Origin: an uncultured bacterium
GTDB taxonomy: Bacteria; Bacteroidota; Bacteroidia; Chitinophagales; UBA10324
DNA: 64,000 nt
Reading direction: 5' to 3'
Assembly (NCBI GenBank): GCA_963977675.1
Contig: CAXBPY010000007.1
Location: forward strand, 297 to 64,296
Shown piece by piece: positions 28,416 through 40,400 of the stretch. A program made the position numbers and the translations under genes. How positions within the stretch are numbered: position 1 is the first letter of the stretch; each line of letters begins with the position of its first letter. Below the pieces are notes generated by a model. It saw only the letters and a list, made by a program, of their open reading frames with translations. It had not been told where the DNA came from and did no database searches.

Positions 28416-29364
28416 TAAAAAAACTGACTTGAAAAAACGCTTTGACCTCTTTAAGGATAAATTTTCTTCTGCTACAAAACAGATTACACTCCCGCTCTTC
28501 GATGGACAGAATTTGTATGATGTTTTTACTTTTCTTTTTAAAGAATTCAGAAGAGATTCTATTAATGTGCGGGCAGCATCTGTTGCATTCAGTTTTATGC
28601 TTGCTTTATTTCCATCCGTTTTGGTTGTGTTTACATTAATTCCGTACATTCCTGTTCCATCGTTCAGAGAAACAGTGCTACAAACATTGCAGGGAATTCT
28701 TCCTTCGAATGCTTACACAACAGTTTCTTCTACAGTAATAGACATAGTTGAAAATCACCACGGCAAAATCCTTTCAATCGGAATTGTTCTTGCATTTTAT
28801 TACATGAGCAGGGGAGTAGTTGGACTTATTAATTCATTTGATAAAGTTTATCCGGCATTTAGGCAGCGTAGTTTTTGGATGAAAACAGCTGTGAGCATCA
28901 AGATTACATTTCTGCTTTTCATTCTCTTATTGCTGTCGATGTTTTTAATTGTAGAAGGAGAATTTTTTATGAAATATTTAATGCAACTGATCGGTGTACA
29001 GGGAGGGAGTGCTTATTTATTTTTATCGTCTGTAAAATGGCTAATTATCATACTACTTTTTTATTTCAGCATCAGCTTAATTTATTTTTATGGTCCTGCA
29101 CTTCATACACGCTTTCGTTTTTTTTCTGCGGGTTCTTCAATTGCCACTTTTTTAAGCATACTCACCTCGCTTGGGTTCTCCTATTTTATCAACCACTTCA
29201 GCACTTATAATAAAGTTTATGGAAGTATTGGAACACTGATCGTTCTTATGTTGTGGCTTTACTATAATTCACTTGTTTTGCTCATCGGTTTTGAACTCAA
29301 TGCAAGCATCTCCATTAACAAATCAATCAAATCAAATTCTTCTCTTGAATCTAACTCGATTTAA
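28399..29364 (+). CDS. YihY/BrkB-family inner membrane protein
   Basis: RAASVAFSFMLALFPS motif followed by six hydrophobic segments, ~320 aa. Confidence 0.75.
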   Translation: MICASDKKTDLKKRFDLFKDKFSSATKQITLPLFDGQNLYDVFTFLFKEFRRDSINVRAASVAFSFMLALFPSVLVVFTLIPYIPVPSFRETVLQTLQGILPSNAYTTVSSTVIDIVENHHGKILSIGIVLAFYYMSRGVVGLINSFDKVYPAFRQRSFWMKTAVSIKITFLLFILLLLSMFLIVEGEFFMKYLMQLIGVQGGSAYLFLSSVKWLIIILLFYFSISLIYFYGPALHTRFRFFSAGSSIATFLSILTSLGFSYFINHFSTYNKVYGSIGTLIVLMLWLYYNSLVLLIGFELNASISINKSIKSNSSLESNSI

Positions 29365-30898
29365 TTTTTTATCTCTTCTGATTCTATTCTTCAATTGTCA
29401 AAGTGTTCAATCACAAACCAACACTGTAATTCCATGTTCTTTGAAAATTGATAGTGTATCAACACATCAAATAGTTTCACCTATGATGTCAGGATTTAGT
29501 TGTGAGAATATTTTTTTGGAAATAAATAATCCGCTTGACACCGCACTCTTAAATCAATTGAAGAAATTAAATCCGGCAGTACTTCGTTTTCCCGGAGGAA
29601 TGCTTTCTAATTTTTATCACCCCATGAACAATGGCTATGGATTAAAAAAGAGTGAAATTGCTCCGATAAATGTTCAATACGCACAACAGTTACAATTAGA
29701 AGGTGTATTTACAAAACAAGCAGCTGTTAATCATCCTTATTTACATGACTTCGTAAATTTTTGTCATGCTTTAAAATCAAAAGTTTTGGTGACGGCAAAT
29801 ATTCTAACCGGCACCCCTGAAGAACTAATTGATGAACTCAATTATTTCACTGACAATAATGTTGAAATAGCCGGTGTTGAACTTGGAGATGAACTATATC
29901 TCGGCATTTATCGGCAGGTATTTCCATATCCTGGAAGTTATCTATCAAAGACTCAAATGTTCGTTCAAATGGTTCATAAGTATTTTCCGAAAATAAAAGT
30001 TGGAATGGTTGCCGCCCCGCTTGCCCGAATCAGTGATCTTGAAGGAACATCCGCAGCAGACTTCGGTTATTTCAAATCATGGAATGATGCGCTAAGTAAA
30101 ACAGATTTATTTGATGCAATTGTTATCCATGCATACACACCGGTAACTGTGCTTGAAAGCCAACCAACTGATTCGATTTTTAGAAGAGCTGCATCTGATG
30201 CTGAAAAAACTTTTGGGCGAAATGGAACAATGGTTCAGGCAATGGATTACTATGCCGAGGTTTTTCCTAAATCACCAATATGGATTAGTGAATGGAATTT
30301 ATCATTGAGACCAAATAAGTCATACTTTGTTAATACAGTTTTACAGACAATTTACATTGGTTCATTCCTTAATTTTTTAAATGAATTAAATTCTGAGAGT
30401 AGCCCGCATGTAGATATGGCAATGTTTCAAAGCATTGCAACAGGCGGCGTTTATAATCATTACGGTGCGATTGATTACCGCAGTGAAAAAGAAAAATCTT
30501 CCACGAATATTGTGAGGAGAACACCATGGTATGCATTCAAGCTGATGACTCCTGTTTTTGATGGAAGAAATCATGTGTGTGTTTCAAATACGCCCTGTGA
30601 AATTCCTATCAATTTTTATTCATATGTGGATACTACAAATTCTCAATGGTTGATTTGTTTTATGAATTATAGTGGTAAGGAAATTAAGATTGATTCTCTC
30701 ATCAATGACTCAACTGACTGGAGCGGAAAGCAAGTATCAATTGAATATATTAAAGGCGCCTTGCAAAACAGTTATGGGTGGACCCGATTTTCCAGAAACA
30801 ATTACAATACTGCTCCGGAGGCCAAGAACGAAACAATGCTATTGAAGGATTTTATTTTCCCTTCCTATGGCGTCGGAATCATTCGTATAAAGAAATAG
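29273..30898 (+). CDS. Putative clan GH-A (TIM-barrel) glycoside hydrolase
   Basis: LRFPGG near the N-terminus, VELGDELY (acid/base-like) and ISEWNL (nucleophile-like). The start is uncertain; a TTG at 29345 would give a signal/lipobox-like LSLLILFFNCQS. Confidence 0.55.
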   Translation: MFCSSVLNSMQASPLTNQSNQILLLNLTRFNFLSLLILFFNCQSVQSQTNTVIPCSLKIDSVSTHQIVSPMMSGFSCENIFLEINNPLDTALLNQLKKLNPAVLRFPGGMLSNFYHPMNNGYGLKKSEIAPINVQYAQQLQLEGVFTKQAAVNHPYLHDFVNFCHALKSKVLVTANILTGTPEELIDELNYFTDNNVEIAGVELGDELYLGIYRQVFPYPGSYLSKTQMFVQMVHKYFPKIKVGMVAAPLARISDLEGTSAADFGYFKSWNDALSKTDLFDAIVIHAYTPVTVLESQPTDSIFRRAASDAEKTFGRNGTMVQAMDYYAEVFPKSPIWISEWNLSLRPNKSYFVNTVLQTIYIGSFLNFLNELNSESSPHVDMAMFQSIATGGVYNHYGAIDYRSEKEKSSTNIVRRTPWYAFKLMTPVFDGRNHVCVSNTPCEIPINFYSYVDTTNSQWLICFMNYSGKEIKIDSLINDSTDWSGKQVSIEYIKGALQNSYGWTRFSRNNYNTAPEAKNETMLLKDFIFPSYGVGIIRIKK

Positions 30899-30994
30899 TT
30901 GTCCTTTACTTTTAGTGTTTCATCGAAGAATTATTTTTTTCGTTGGTAGTCGGAACAATATTTTCGGGATTCATAAAAAAATCAAACCTAAAAG

Positions 30995-31561
30995 ATGAAA
31001 AAAGCTTTAACAATTCTTTCCCTGATTTTACTCGCATCTTTTTCTAATGGACAAATGAGAAGTCAATTTACTAATGTCACCACGCCCGGCGGACATGATG
31101 GATCTATTGATATGCGAGTAAGTGGAGGTGTCCCTCCATATGCTTATCAGTGGAATGATGAAGTTACGGATGAAGATCGTAAAGATCTTAAAAGCGGTAA
31201 GTACACAGTTATTGTAACGGACCAGGGCGGCTGCGAAATAATAGCAAGTTTTAACATTACAGAACCGCAATCTCCAGGAAGCAATTCTTTAGCAGGAGTT
31301 CAAAGCTTTACTTCAGATGTTGATGTGTTTCCAAATCCAGCAGATGGCACAGTGAATGTTCATTTCAGCGGAGCGAAAACCAATAGCATCTCAATCAAGG
31401 TTACTGATATCAGCGGAAAGGTTGTGTTTGAAAAAAACTATGGTGAGTTCAACGGACAGTTAGAAGAGAAGGTTGATCTCACGAATGAAGCCAAAGGAAT
31501 TTATATGGTGCAGGTTATTACAGAGCGTGAATCTTATAATTCAAAGATTGTGGTTCAGTAA
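30995..31561 (+). CDS. Small secreted protein: one SprB-type repeat plus T9SS type-A sorting domain
   Basis: HDGSIDMRVSGGVPPYAYQWND...GKYTVIVTDQGGC, then VFPNPADGTVNV...VTDISGKVV...AKGIYMVQV...KIVVQ. Confidence 0.8.
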   Translation: MKKALTILSLILLASFSNGQMRSQFTNVTTPGGHDGSIDMRVSGGVPPYAYQWNDEVTDEDRKDLKSGKYTVIVTDQGGCEIIASFNITEPQSPGSNSLAGVQSFTSDVDVFPNPADGTVNVHFSGAKTNSISIKVTDISGKVVFEKNYGEFNGQLEEKVDLTNEAKGIYMVQVITERESYNSKIVVQ

Positions 31562-31580
31562 TTCACAATTGATAAAAAAG

Positions 31581-31620
31581 AAAAATCCTCCCCGAAGAAT
31601 TCAGGGAGGATTTTTTATTT
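31581..31620. terminator. Bidirectional rho-independent terminator between convergent genes
   Basis: Perfect 12-bp stem aaaaatcctccc (31581-31592) / gggaggattttt (31604-31615), with A/T runs on both sides. Confidence 0.85.
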
Positions 31621-31650
31621 TATTGAGAATATATTTTTCCCAGAGAAAAT

Positions 31651-32943
31651 TTACCGCACAATAAACTTTGAATTCATATTTCCATTCACAGTGTTTATTT
31701 CTAAAAAGTAAATTCCTTTCGAAAGATTTTTTGTGTCGATTGCAACTGCGTTTACAGAAATGAGTCGTGTATCACATTTTAACTTCCTTCCTGAAATATC
31801 AAATAAGTTAATTGAATTGATTGCAGTTTTTCTTTTCGAAGAAATTATTATTTGTGAAGCAGCATCATTGTAGAAAATTCCAAATTGATCATCTTCAATC
31901 TCATTCACGCCAACAATTGTAATTGTTTGCTCCACGGTGTCGCTACAACCGTTTGCATTTGTTGCTATCAACTGAATGGTGAATAAACCTTCAAAGCTAT
32001 ATTCATGAACAGGTGCAAAAACCGTATCGCTCGCACCATCACCAAAGTCCCAATGGTAATTTGTGGCACCTGAAGAAGTATTGGTAAAAGTTGCTATGTC
32101 ATTACTCTCGGTAAAAGTGAACCCTGCATCAGGTGCAGGAAGAACAGCAAGAGATAAAGTATCAATGGCTGTGCATCCATTGAAATCAGTTCCTTGAACA
32201 ATTACATCAATATCAGAAGTTGTCGTTGCCAGCACCGTATCTCCTGTAACTGATGATAAATTAGAAGAGGGAGACCAGGAATATGAAATTGCGCCATTTC
32301 CAACAAGTGTAACTGCATTTCCGATACAAACACTGTCCATACTTGAAGTAATAAATACAACAGGTTCAGGTAAAATATTGACTCCGGTATTGGGCGATGT
32401 ATCACTTCCACAACTGTTAAATGCAATCGCATGGTACTGCCCTCCAACTGTGGTCATATAATTTGAATTTGTAGCACCTGCAATCAAAGTATCATTTTTA
32501 AACCATTGATACGATGTAGCACCAGAGGTTTGAGCATTTAAATTAGCAGTGTTCCCGTTGCAGATATTTATGTTAATGGCAATAAAGCTGGAGTAATCTG
32601 GTGGAGTGCACCCACTTACTGTAAAGTAACCACTCATTGTACCTTGATGAAAACTACATTCATAACTGTAACTTCCTGCCTGGCCAGGTACATAAATAAA
32701 AGTTGTTGAACCAGAATTCAAATTTGCGTTCCACAAAGTCGCCCCGGAGGGAACAGAAAGCGCCGTAGTGGTGTGGCTTCCGTTTATCCAGTTCCATTTC
32801 ACAGTATCCCCTAAATTGATGGTAAAATTTGAAGGAGTAAAACTGTAATTCTGAACATTTACTATTTGTGTGATTGCTTCAGAAAATTTAGAAAAAAATA
32901 AAAGTGAAAAGGAGAGGAGAGTGGGTAGTAAAAACTTTTTCAT
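31651..32943 (-). CDS. Secreted cupredoxin (plastocyanin-like) - Ig-like - PKD fusion with T9SS type-A sorting domain
   Basis: Start at MKKFLLPTLLSFSLLFF. The N-terminal domain has type-1 Cu ligand contexts GSHTTT and YECSFHQGTMSGYF. Then an Ig-like repeat (GNGAISYSWSP), PKD (YHWDFGDG) and a CTD (GIYFLEINTVNG..SKFIVR). Confidence 0.75.
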   Translation of the reverse strand: MKKFLLPTLLSFSLLFFSKFSEAITQIVNVQNYSFTPSNFTINLGDTVKWNWINGSHTTTALSVPSGATLWNANLNSGSTTFIYVPGQAGSYSYECSFHQGTMSGYFTVSGCTPPDYSSFIAININICNGNTANLNAQTSGATSYQWFKNDTLIAGATNSNYMTTVGGQYHAIAFNSCGSDTSPNTGVNILPEPVVFITSSMDSVCIGNAVTLVGNGAISYSWSPSSNLSSVTGDTVLATTTSDIDVIVQGTDFNGCTAIDTLSLAVLPAPDAGFTFTESNDIATFTNTSSGATNYHWDFGDGASDTVFAPVHEYSFEGLFTIQLIATNANGCSDTVEQTITIVGVNEIEDDQFGIFYNDAASQIIISSKRKTAINSINLFDISGRKLKCDTRLISVNAVAIDTKNLSKGIYFLEINTVNGNMNSKFIVR

Positions 32944-33317
32944 AAAAATGTTTTTCGTAATAATACAAGTTGAACACACGGCAGCACTCTTTTCAGAAAA
33001 AGAATTTACAATTTCATGACATAGAAATCAGAGTAAGATTTCAAATAAAAACTTGTGTTCTTTTCAACAGAATTTTTTACAATTCTGTGATAAAAAAGTC
33101 ATCGCAAAACAAGGAATAGCGGCTTATCCAAATTACATTTGAGCAAAATGAAATACTGCTTAAAATTAACCGATATAGGTTATTGGTCTCCACTTTTTTA
33201 CTTTAAAAATTGAAACAAACTAAAGATTGAATTTACTAATAGCAGTAAAACAATAAGTGCCGAAAAGCATTGATTAAAAAAAGAATAAATAACAATAAAC
33301 GAATAACAAAATAACTA

Positions 33318-35849
33318 ATGGCTGAAGAAATTGTTGGTGGCGAAAGAATAATTCCAATCAATATTGAAGATGAAATGAAAACCGCTTACATCGATTATTC
33401 GATGTCGGTAATTGTTAGCCGCGCTATTCCTGATGTGCGCGATGGATTAAAACCTGTGCAACGCCGCGTGCTTTTCGGTATGTATGAGTTGGGAGTGATG
33501 AGCAACCGCCCCTATAAAAAGAGTGCGAGAATAGTGGGAGAAGTGCTTGGTAAATATCATCCGCATGGCGACTCATCAGTGTATGAAGCAATGGTGCGCA
33601 TGGCACAAGACTGGAGCCTGCGCTATCCACTCGTAGATGGGCAAGGAAACTTCGGAAGCATGGATGGGGATAGCCCTGCAGCAATGCGATACACCGAGGC
33701 TCGCCTCAGAAAGATTGCGGAAGAAATGTTGGCTGATATTGAGAAGGACACCGTTGACTTTCAGCTCAACTTCGATGACACACTGAAAGAACCAACAGTA
33801 ATGCCTTCTCGCATTCCAAATTTGTTGGTGAACGGGGCTAGTGGAATTGCTGTGGGAATGGCAACTAATATTCTTCCACACAATTTAAGCGAAGTGATTG
33901 ATGGAATTACTTCATACATTGATAACAGGCAAATTACAGTTGAAGAATTAATGGAAGTGGTGAAAGCTCCTGACTTTCCTACAGGCGGAATCATTTACGG
34001 AACTGCCGGCGTGCGCGAAGGTTTCAAAACCGGACGCGGAAGAGTAGTGGTTCGTGCGAAAACAAATTTTGAAACACTAAAAAATGGGAAGGAGCGAATC
34101 ATCATTACTGAATTTCCTTACCAGGTAAACAAAGCACTTGTTCATGCTAAGATTTATGAACTAATAGGAGAGAAGCAGATTGAAGGAATCAGTGAAGTGC
34201 GCGATGAGAGCGACAGAGACGGAGTGCGAATGGTGGTAGAACTGAAGAAGGATGCAATTCCAAATGTGGTGCTCAATCAGTTATTTCAGTTCACGCAACT
34301 TCAAACTTCATTCGGTATAAACAACATTGCGCTCGATCATGGTCGCCCGCGCCTTCTGAATCTGTTGGATATGATTCGCAGCTTTGTGGAATTCCGTCAT
34401 GAAGTTGTGGTGCGCAGAACACAATTTGATTTAGCAGAAGCAGAAAAGCGCGCTCACATACTCGAAGGTTTACTTATTGCACTTGATCATCTCGATGCAG
34501 TGATTGCACTCATTCGTGCTTCTCAAACTCCGGACATAGCGCGCGAAGGTTTGATGAATCAGTTTGCGCTTAGTGAAATTCAGGCGAAAGCAATTCTTGA
34601 AATGAGATTACAGCGCTTAACAGGATTAGAGAGAGATAAGATTAAAGAAGAGTATGCTGAAATCATGAAACAGATTGCCTACTTCAAAGAAATTCTTTCT
34701 GATGAAGTGCTTCGCTACAAAATCATCAAGGATGAAATGCTCGAAATCAAAAACAAGTATGGAGACGAGCGTAGAACAGAAGTAGTAGCCAACGAAGATG
34801 AAATTGAAATCGAAGATCTAATTGAAGTAGAAGATATGGTGATTACCATTTCTCACCTTGGATATATCAAGCGCACCTCTCTTAGCGAATATCGTGTACA
34901 AGGCCGGGGCGGAAAAGGATCTCTCGGTGGTTCAGCCCGCGATGAAGATTTCATTGAGAAAATATTTGTAGCTTCCACACATGATTACCTTTTAATATTT
35001 ACCGATAAAGGAAAATGTTTTTGGAAAAAAGTTTACACAATTCCGGAAGGGAATAAAACTTCTAAAGGACGCGCGGTTCAAAATTTAATTTCACTTGAAC
35101 CTGATGATAAGGTACGCGCCATTATTGATATTCATAATCTTGAAGACGAAGCCTATCTTAATTCACACTTCCTCATCTTCTGCACTGAGCAGGGAACCAT
35201 TAAGAAAACAACGCTCGAAGAATTCAGTCGTCCGCGTCAGAACGGAATCATTGCAATCACTATTGAAGAAGGAGACCAACTTTTAGATGTGAAGCAAACC
35301 AATGGCAACTGCGAAATCATTCTTGCTGTTCGCAGTGGAAGGGCAAATCGTTTCCCTGAAAACAAAGTGCGTGCTGTAGGCAGAACTGCTATAGGTGTGA
35401 AGGGAATTGAATGTGACGAAAAAGATAAGGTTGTTGGCATCATTACAATTGATAAGGAAGATAAGGAATCTACAATTTTGGTGGTGAGTGAAAAAGGTTA
35501 TGGAAAACGAAGTGATCTAGATGAATATCGAATAACTAATAGAGGAGGAAAAGGAGTGAAGACGCTGAATGTAACGGAGAAAACAGGCCAGTTAATTGCC
35601 ATAAAAGACATCACGGAAAAAGATGAACTGATGATAATTAATCGGAGCGGAGTTACTATCAGAATGAGCATGGATGAAGTAAAAGTGCAGGGCAGAGCTA
35701 CCCAAGGTGTGCGACTCATTCGTCTTGAAGAAGATGATGTAATTGGATCAGTTGCTAAAATTGACAGTGACATGATCGAACCTGATGATTCATCATCCGG
35801 CACTGAAACTCCTCCTGTAACTCCTGATGAAAATCAATCAATTCAGTAA
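33318..35849 (+). CDS. gyrA: DNA gyrase subunit A
   Basis: [15 protein letters not shown], the [17 protein letters not shown] region (Ser at the E. coli S83-equivalent codon, 33573-33575), the active-site [10 protein letters not shown], and a C-terminal beta-pinwheel. Confidence 0.97.
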   Translation: MAEEIVGGERIIPINIEDEMKTAYIDYSMSVIVSRAIPDVRDGLKPVQRRVLFGMYELGVMSNRPYKKSARIVGEVLGKYHPHGDSSVYEAMVRMAQDWSLRYPLVDGQGNFGSMDGDSPAAMRYTEARLRKIAEEMLADIEKDTVDFQLNFDDTLKEPTVMPSRIPNLLVNGASGIAVGMATNILPHNLSEVIDGITSYIDNRQITVEELMEVVKAPDFPTGGIIYGTAGVREGFKTGRGRVVVRAKTNFETLKNGKERIIITEFPYQVNKALVHAKIYELIGEKQIEGISEVRDESDRDGVRMVVELKKDAIPNVVLNQLFQFTQLQTSFGINNIALDHGRPRLLNLLDMIRSFVEFRHEVVVRRTQFDLAEAEKRAHILEGLLIALDHLDAVIALIRASQTPDIAREGLMNQFALSEIQAKAILEMRLQRLTGLERDKIKEEYAEIMKQIAYFKEILSDEVLRYKIIKDEMLEIKNKYGDERRTEVVANEDEIEIEDLIEVEDMVITISHLGYIKRTSLSEYRVQGRGGKGSLGGSARDEDFIEKIFVASTHDYLLIFTDKGKCFWKKVYTIPEGNKTSKGRAVQNLISLEPDDKVRAIIDIHNLEDEAYLNSHFLIFCTEQGTIKKTTLEEFSRPRQNGIIAITIEEGDQLLDVKQTNGNCEIILAVRSGRANRFPENKVRAVGRTAIGVKGIECDEKDKVVGIITIDKEDKESTILVVSEKGYGKRSDLDEYRITNRGGKGVKTLNVTEKTGQLIAIKDITEKDELMIINRSGVTIRMSMDEVKVQGRATQGVRLIRLEEDDVIGSVAKIDSDMIEPDDSSSGTETPPVTPDENQSIQ

Positions 35850-35899
35850 TAAATTCTGGAAAGATAATTGAAATTACCAAACCCAAAACACTTAAAAAA

Positions 35900-37069
35900 A
35901 TGTTAAATAAAATTTTGATACTTCTTGCAGTAGTATGTTGTTTCAACACAGCTTTTGCACAAAAGAAAAACCTGACAGATGCATACTTTGCACTGGATCA
36001 TGGAGAGTTGGACAAGGCAAAAGAATATATTGAAGCAGCATCAGTTGAACCCACAACCATGAACATGCCTAAAACCTGGGCTTATCGTGCAAACATTTAT
36101 TTCGCAATCTTCAGAGACACAGCTCGTACACCTGCACACCAGGAAGGAGATTTGAATGAATCATTTAAAAGTTTGAAAAGATTAACTGAACTTGATCCTA
36201 AAGGAACTTTTGGACTTGATGTTTTTAATACCATTATTCCTATGTATGATATTTACAACCTTTCAGGAAGCAAGAACTATGATGACCACGATTACCAGTC
36301 AGCATACGATAATTTTGGAAAAGTCCTTGAACTTTCGAAAATGGTAAATCAACTTTTTAATCAAACTAATGTTGACACCTTTACGACTCTTTACTATGCT
36401 CATGCTGCGTTTAAACTTGGCAAAAAAGAAGAAGCCTATAAGCTGTATGATGTTTTGCGAAATGAGCGCAAGTATGATGACCCGCTGATTTATCAGGATT
36501 TTGCCGATGAAGCAGCTCAATCAAAAGACACTTTGAAGGCCATATCTATTCTTGATGATGGTTTGGGGAAATTTCCTAAGAGTGAAAGCATGATGTATCA
36601 GCAATTGAATTACTATATATTTTCTCATCATCCAGGAGATGCCATTGGTAAACTGAAGAAAGCAATTGATATGGACCCAACTAGAGCTGATCTTTACAGG
36701 GCTCTCGGCGATGCTTACAAGAATACAGATGATACAGCTAATGCACGCAAAACATACGAGCAGGCATTAAAACTTGACCCAAAGAATTTTGACATATACA
36801 AAAGCCTGGCAGAAGTTTATTATAACAATGCTGTAAAAACAATTGATGAAATGAATTCACTGCCTGATGGAGATAAGAGAATTGATATTCTCAAAGCCTC
36901 AAGTGACGCCTTACTTTATAAAGCATTACCGTACCTTGAAAAAGCAAAAGAGCTTGACTCAACTGACATGGAAGTGCTTAATGCATTAAAAGAAATTTAT
37001 GCTCGCACCAATCAAATGGAAAAAGTAAAAGAAATTAATGCTGACATTCAAAAGCAAAAGGGCAACTAA
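35900..37069 (+). CDS. Secreted TPR-repeat protein
   Basis: Signal peptide MLNKILILLAVVCCFNTAFAQ and several TPR-like units (ADLYRALGDAYKN...ARKTYEQALKLDPKN). Confidence 0.7.
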   Translation: MLNKILILLAVVCCFNTAFAQKKNLTDAYFALDHGELDKAKEYIEAASVEPTTMNMPKTWAYRANIYFAIFRDTARTPAHQEGDLNESFKSLKRLTELDPKGTFGLDVFNTIIPMYDIYNLSGSKNYDDHDYQSAYDNFGKVLELSKMVNQLFNQTNVDTFTTLYYAHAAFKLGKKEEAYKLYDVLRNERKYDDPLIYQDFADEAAQSKDTLKAISILDDGLGKFPKSESMMYQQLNYYIFSHHPGDAIGKLKKAIDMDPTRADLYRALGDAYKNTDDTANARKTYEQALKLDPKNFDIYKSLAEVYYNNAVKTIDEMNSLPDGDKRIDILKASSDALLYKALPYLEKAKELDSTDMEVLNALKEIYARTNQMEKVKEINADIQKQKGN

Positions 37070-37103
37070 GAAATTATTTATATCTTCTTGAAAAGTAAAT
37101 AGG

Positions 37104-37140
37104 GAAGCCCGCGACATTATGCGGGCTTCATTTGAAATAT
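37104..37140 (+). terminator. Rho-independent terminator
   Basis: Stem gaagcccgc (37104-37112) / gcgggcttc (37121-37129) with an 8-nt loop, followed by an A/T-rich tail with an interrupted T-run. Confidence 0.7.
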
Positions 37141-37421
37141 TTTATTTAACATAATATTAATTATAAGACATATTATTTAGTATTTACCAATAAAAGGTTT
37201 AAAGTAATTGGCTATATAATACTTTGGTTAGAGTTTGGAGTTTATGATGTAGTCAAATAGGTCAATTTGTTCATCATTGATACATGCTTTTCAAATTAAT
37301 TGAACTTTAAAACCAATGCAATTAAAACGAAAATCAAGAAAAATATTTTTCATCCAAAAATAAAATTCACAACATGAATTTTATTTTGAATCCTAAGTAA
37401 AGAAATGAGATTTCAGAAAAT

Positions 37422-37458
37422 AAAAAAGGGAAGACAAAAATTAATGTCCTCCCCTTTT
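37422..37458 (-). terminator. Rho-independent terminator of the 37476-40571 adhesin gene
   Basis: On the minus strand, GGGAGGAC-loop-GTCTTCCC (one G-U pair) is followed by TTTTTTATTTT. Confidence 0.7.
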
Positions 37459-37475
37459 CAATTAAATGAAAATTA

Positions 37476-40400
37476 TTATTTCACCACGGTCATTTTTTTA
37501 ACATAGGAATTTGTACCATCGCTTACTTCGACAAAATAAATTCCGGCAGGAAGTGTTCTAACATCTATGCCGTAAAGATTGTTGCCATTCTTGAGAGATA
37601 GCTGCTGAGTGATATAAGTTTTACCAAGAATATCCATCACTTTCAAGGACCCGTTAGATGAACCATTTCCAGCATTCACCATAATGCTAACTTCATTATT
37701 TGACGGATTCGGATAAATACTGAAATCAAATTCGCTTTTGATCATATCATGAGTTGATATGTCCTGTTGAATTGTATTAAGAGTGGTATTGGTTTTCACA
37801 GGAGCATTGTAATCAAAGTAAATACTTGCGCTGTTTTTAATCTGTGTTCCGGGAGTCAAATTGGGGTTTTGTTTTATAGTGTAAATAATATATCCAATAC
37901 TTCCTAGTGGATCATTCAAACTGTCAGGCAGATTAATATTTTCAAAACTGAACTTTATCACACCATTCTCCGTCATCTCGGCTTTGAAATTATGACTTGA
38001 ATAAACAGGATGCAGAGAAGTGTAATCTAAATCACTGTCAAGGGTATCAAGCAAGTAAATATTGAAAGCAGTATATGTTCCAGTGTTTTGAAAGTGTATA
38101 GTGTATTCAAGAATTGAATCGTTCACACTTATATAGCCAGGTACCCCAGTTCCTTTTGGCCGTACTTCTTTGAAATTAGGATCCCATGAACCTACCACAC
38201 TTGCATAATAAGTATTTACATTATTCCAGGGTGAATAATCACTAAGCCAATTATTTATTAAACCGTTATAAGAGCAAGTATCATTAAACAAGAGTGAAGT
38301 TCCCAGAGGGATATTAGTTGGAACATTATAGTTAGCAATAGATAGGTTAGATTGTGCGGGCGCAAGAGTTAGACCTGTACTTGCGATACTGTACCAACTT
38401 GGAAATGATCCGGCATTCAATTGTGCAAAAGGTGAAAACGAAGAGAGATTCATTTGGCCATCGTGCTTGTACCCGGAAACTACATCTGTTTCGTTTATGG
38501 TTCCTTCGTTTTTAATAATTACATGCTGATAGTAAGTGTGTCCTGGAATTGGCGGAGTATAATGCAAGGTTGAAATATGAATATCATGAATTGGATTAAT
38601 CACATTCGCAAAATCATAAGTATTGCTGCAACCGCTTGCAGCAGATACTGAAACAGAAATGGAATTATTTTGACAGGCAGCAAGCGGATAGAAATATTGA
38701 ACATTTTCTGATAGCGTATAACTGCCGGTGGGTACCTGAAATGAATAATGTCCTGATGCATTAGTATAAGTGTAACCAAATCCTGAACAATGAATCATAA
38801 TGTTTTCAATTCCATTTTCACCTGCATCCATTGTACAATTTCCATTGGCATCGTCATATACCGTTCCTTCTATTGTGCAATAACAACTGTTATTCAATGG
38901 ATCATATCCGCAACTCGTCCATGAATTCTGAACACAACCAGCAGCGTCAGTTACATAAACATAATAGTTTCCAGTAATAAGTGAAGATGCAATGTTGGTC
39001 GTTTGCCCATTGCTCCAGGCATATGTATAAGGGGCAGTTCCTCCATAAGGAATTGCCACAATATTTCCATCTGCAGTATAAATGCAACTTGCAGGTGTAG
39101 AAGCAAAGCCAATACTGATAGGGCTGCTAGCCTGTACAACTGCATACTTTACTATTGAACAACCAAGATTATCAGTTACCGTGCATGTATATCCTCCTGC
39201 AGCCAGATTTGTAATCGAAGTGGTATTTCCACCATTGCTCCATGCAGTAGTGTAAGGGGCAGTTCCGGATGTAATAATTATTTGTGCAGAACCATTTGAT
39301 AAGGTACAATAAGCATCAGCCGAATTTGTAAAACCTGATACAACACTGATTGGAGGAACAACCACAGTACCTGATCGAATACAACCAACATTATCTGTTA
39401 CAATGAATGAATATGTTCCAGGTTCAAGTCCGGTTGCTGTTGCACCTGTTTGCGCTGGAAATGTATTCCATTGATAAGTATAAGGTGCAGTTCCTCCGGT
39501 TGCAACTAGAGTAGCCGTTCCTGTAGCTGAAGTACACTGACTTGGAGTTGAAGAATATGTTACTGTAATGGGTGTTGAAGAACTTAAATAATAATATCCC
39601 TCACCAACGCACCCGTTTGCATCTATTACTGTTATAGAATAATTTCCAGCAGTAAGGTTCGAAATATTTTGAGTATTGATTCCATTACTCCAGTGATAGG
39701 AATAAGGAGGTAATCCTCCGCTTCCGAATGAAATGGCGCTTCCATCATTTTGAAGGCATGTGGCGGGTGTCAGAGTTACATTGGTTCCAATTGTAATTGA
39801 TTGCTGAACATAAATTCCTTCTGTCTGATAGCATCCTTGTGCATCAGTTACAGTGACTTGATAATATCCAAGTGAGAGGCCTGTGATTGTTTGGCTGTTA
39901 GAACCATTACTCCAAATGAAACTGTAAGGTGCTATCCCCCCTCCCAATCCCGAAACTGTTGCTGTTCCATTTGTACAGTTTGCAGGTGTACTTGTTGTAG
40001 TGAATGTAACCGGCGATTGATTCCAGATATAGATTGAATCACCTACTGCATAAGTTCCAGAAACGCATCCTGCAGCATCAGTTATTAATACAGAATAATT
40101 ACCGGCAGGAAGGTTCACATTGGCACCGCTACCTACAACTGTTCCAGATGGTATTTCGCTCCATTGAATGTTATAAGGAGCAGTTCCGCCGGTAATCGTT
40201 ACTGCAGCGGTTCCTAAGGCAGGACAAATTGCCGGGCTTGTTGTAACAACATATGTAAATGGAGGTGCACCGGCAAAGTTGCCGTAAGCCTGACCTCCCG
40301 TACCTAAGGCATTAAGGTAAACATAACCACCTGCATAATTGAAAAGTGTATCAAATGAATTAGTTACAGTGTGGGTGGTTTGAACTCCAGCTGTCCACCA

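Noticed and set aside
33068-33087. 7-bp inverted repeat (cagaatt-N6-aattctg) and a TACATTTG box (33134-33141) upstream of gyrA.
   Set aside because: The palindrome is too short to distinguish from chance in AT-rich DNA. The putative -7 box lies ~175 nt from the ATG and has no matching -33 element.
33424-35949. Multiple minus-strand ORFs within gyrA.
   Set aside because: gyrA is unambiguous over the whole interval. The antisense ORFs lack motifs and signal sequences.
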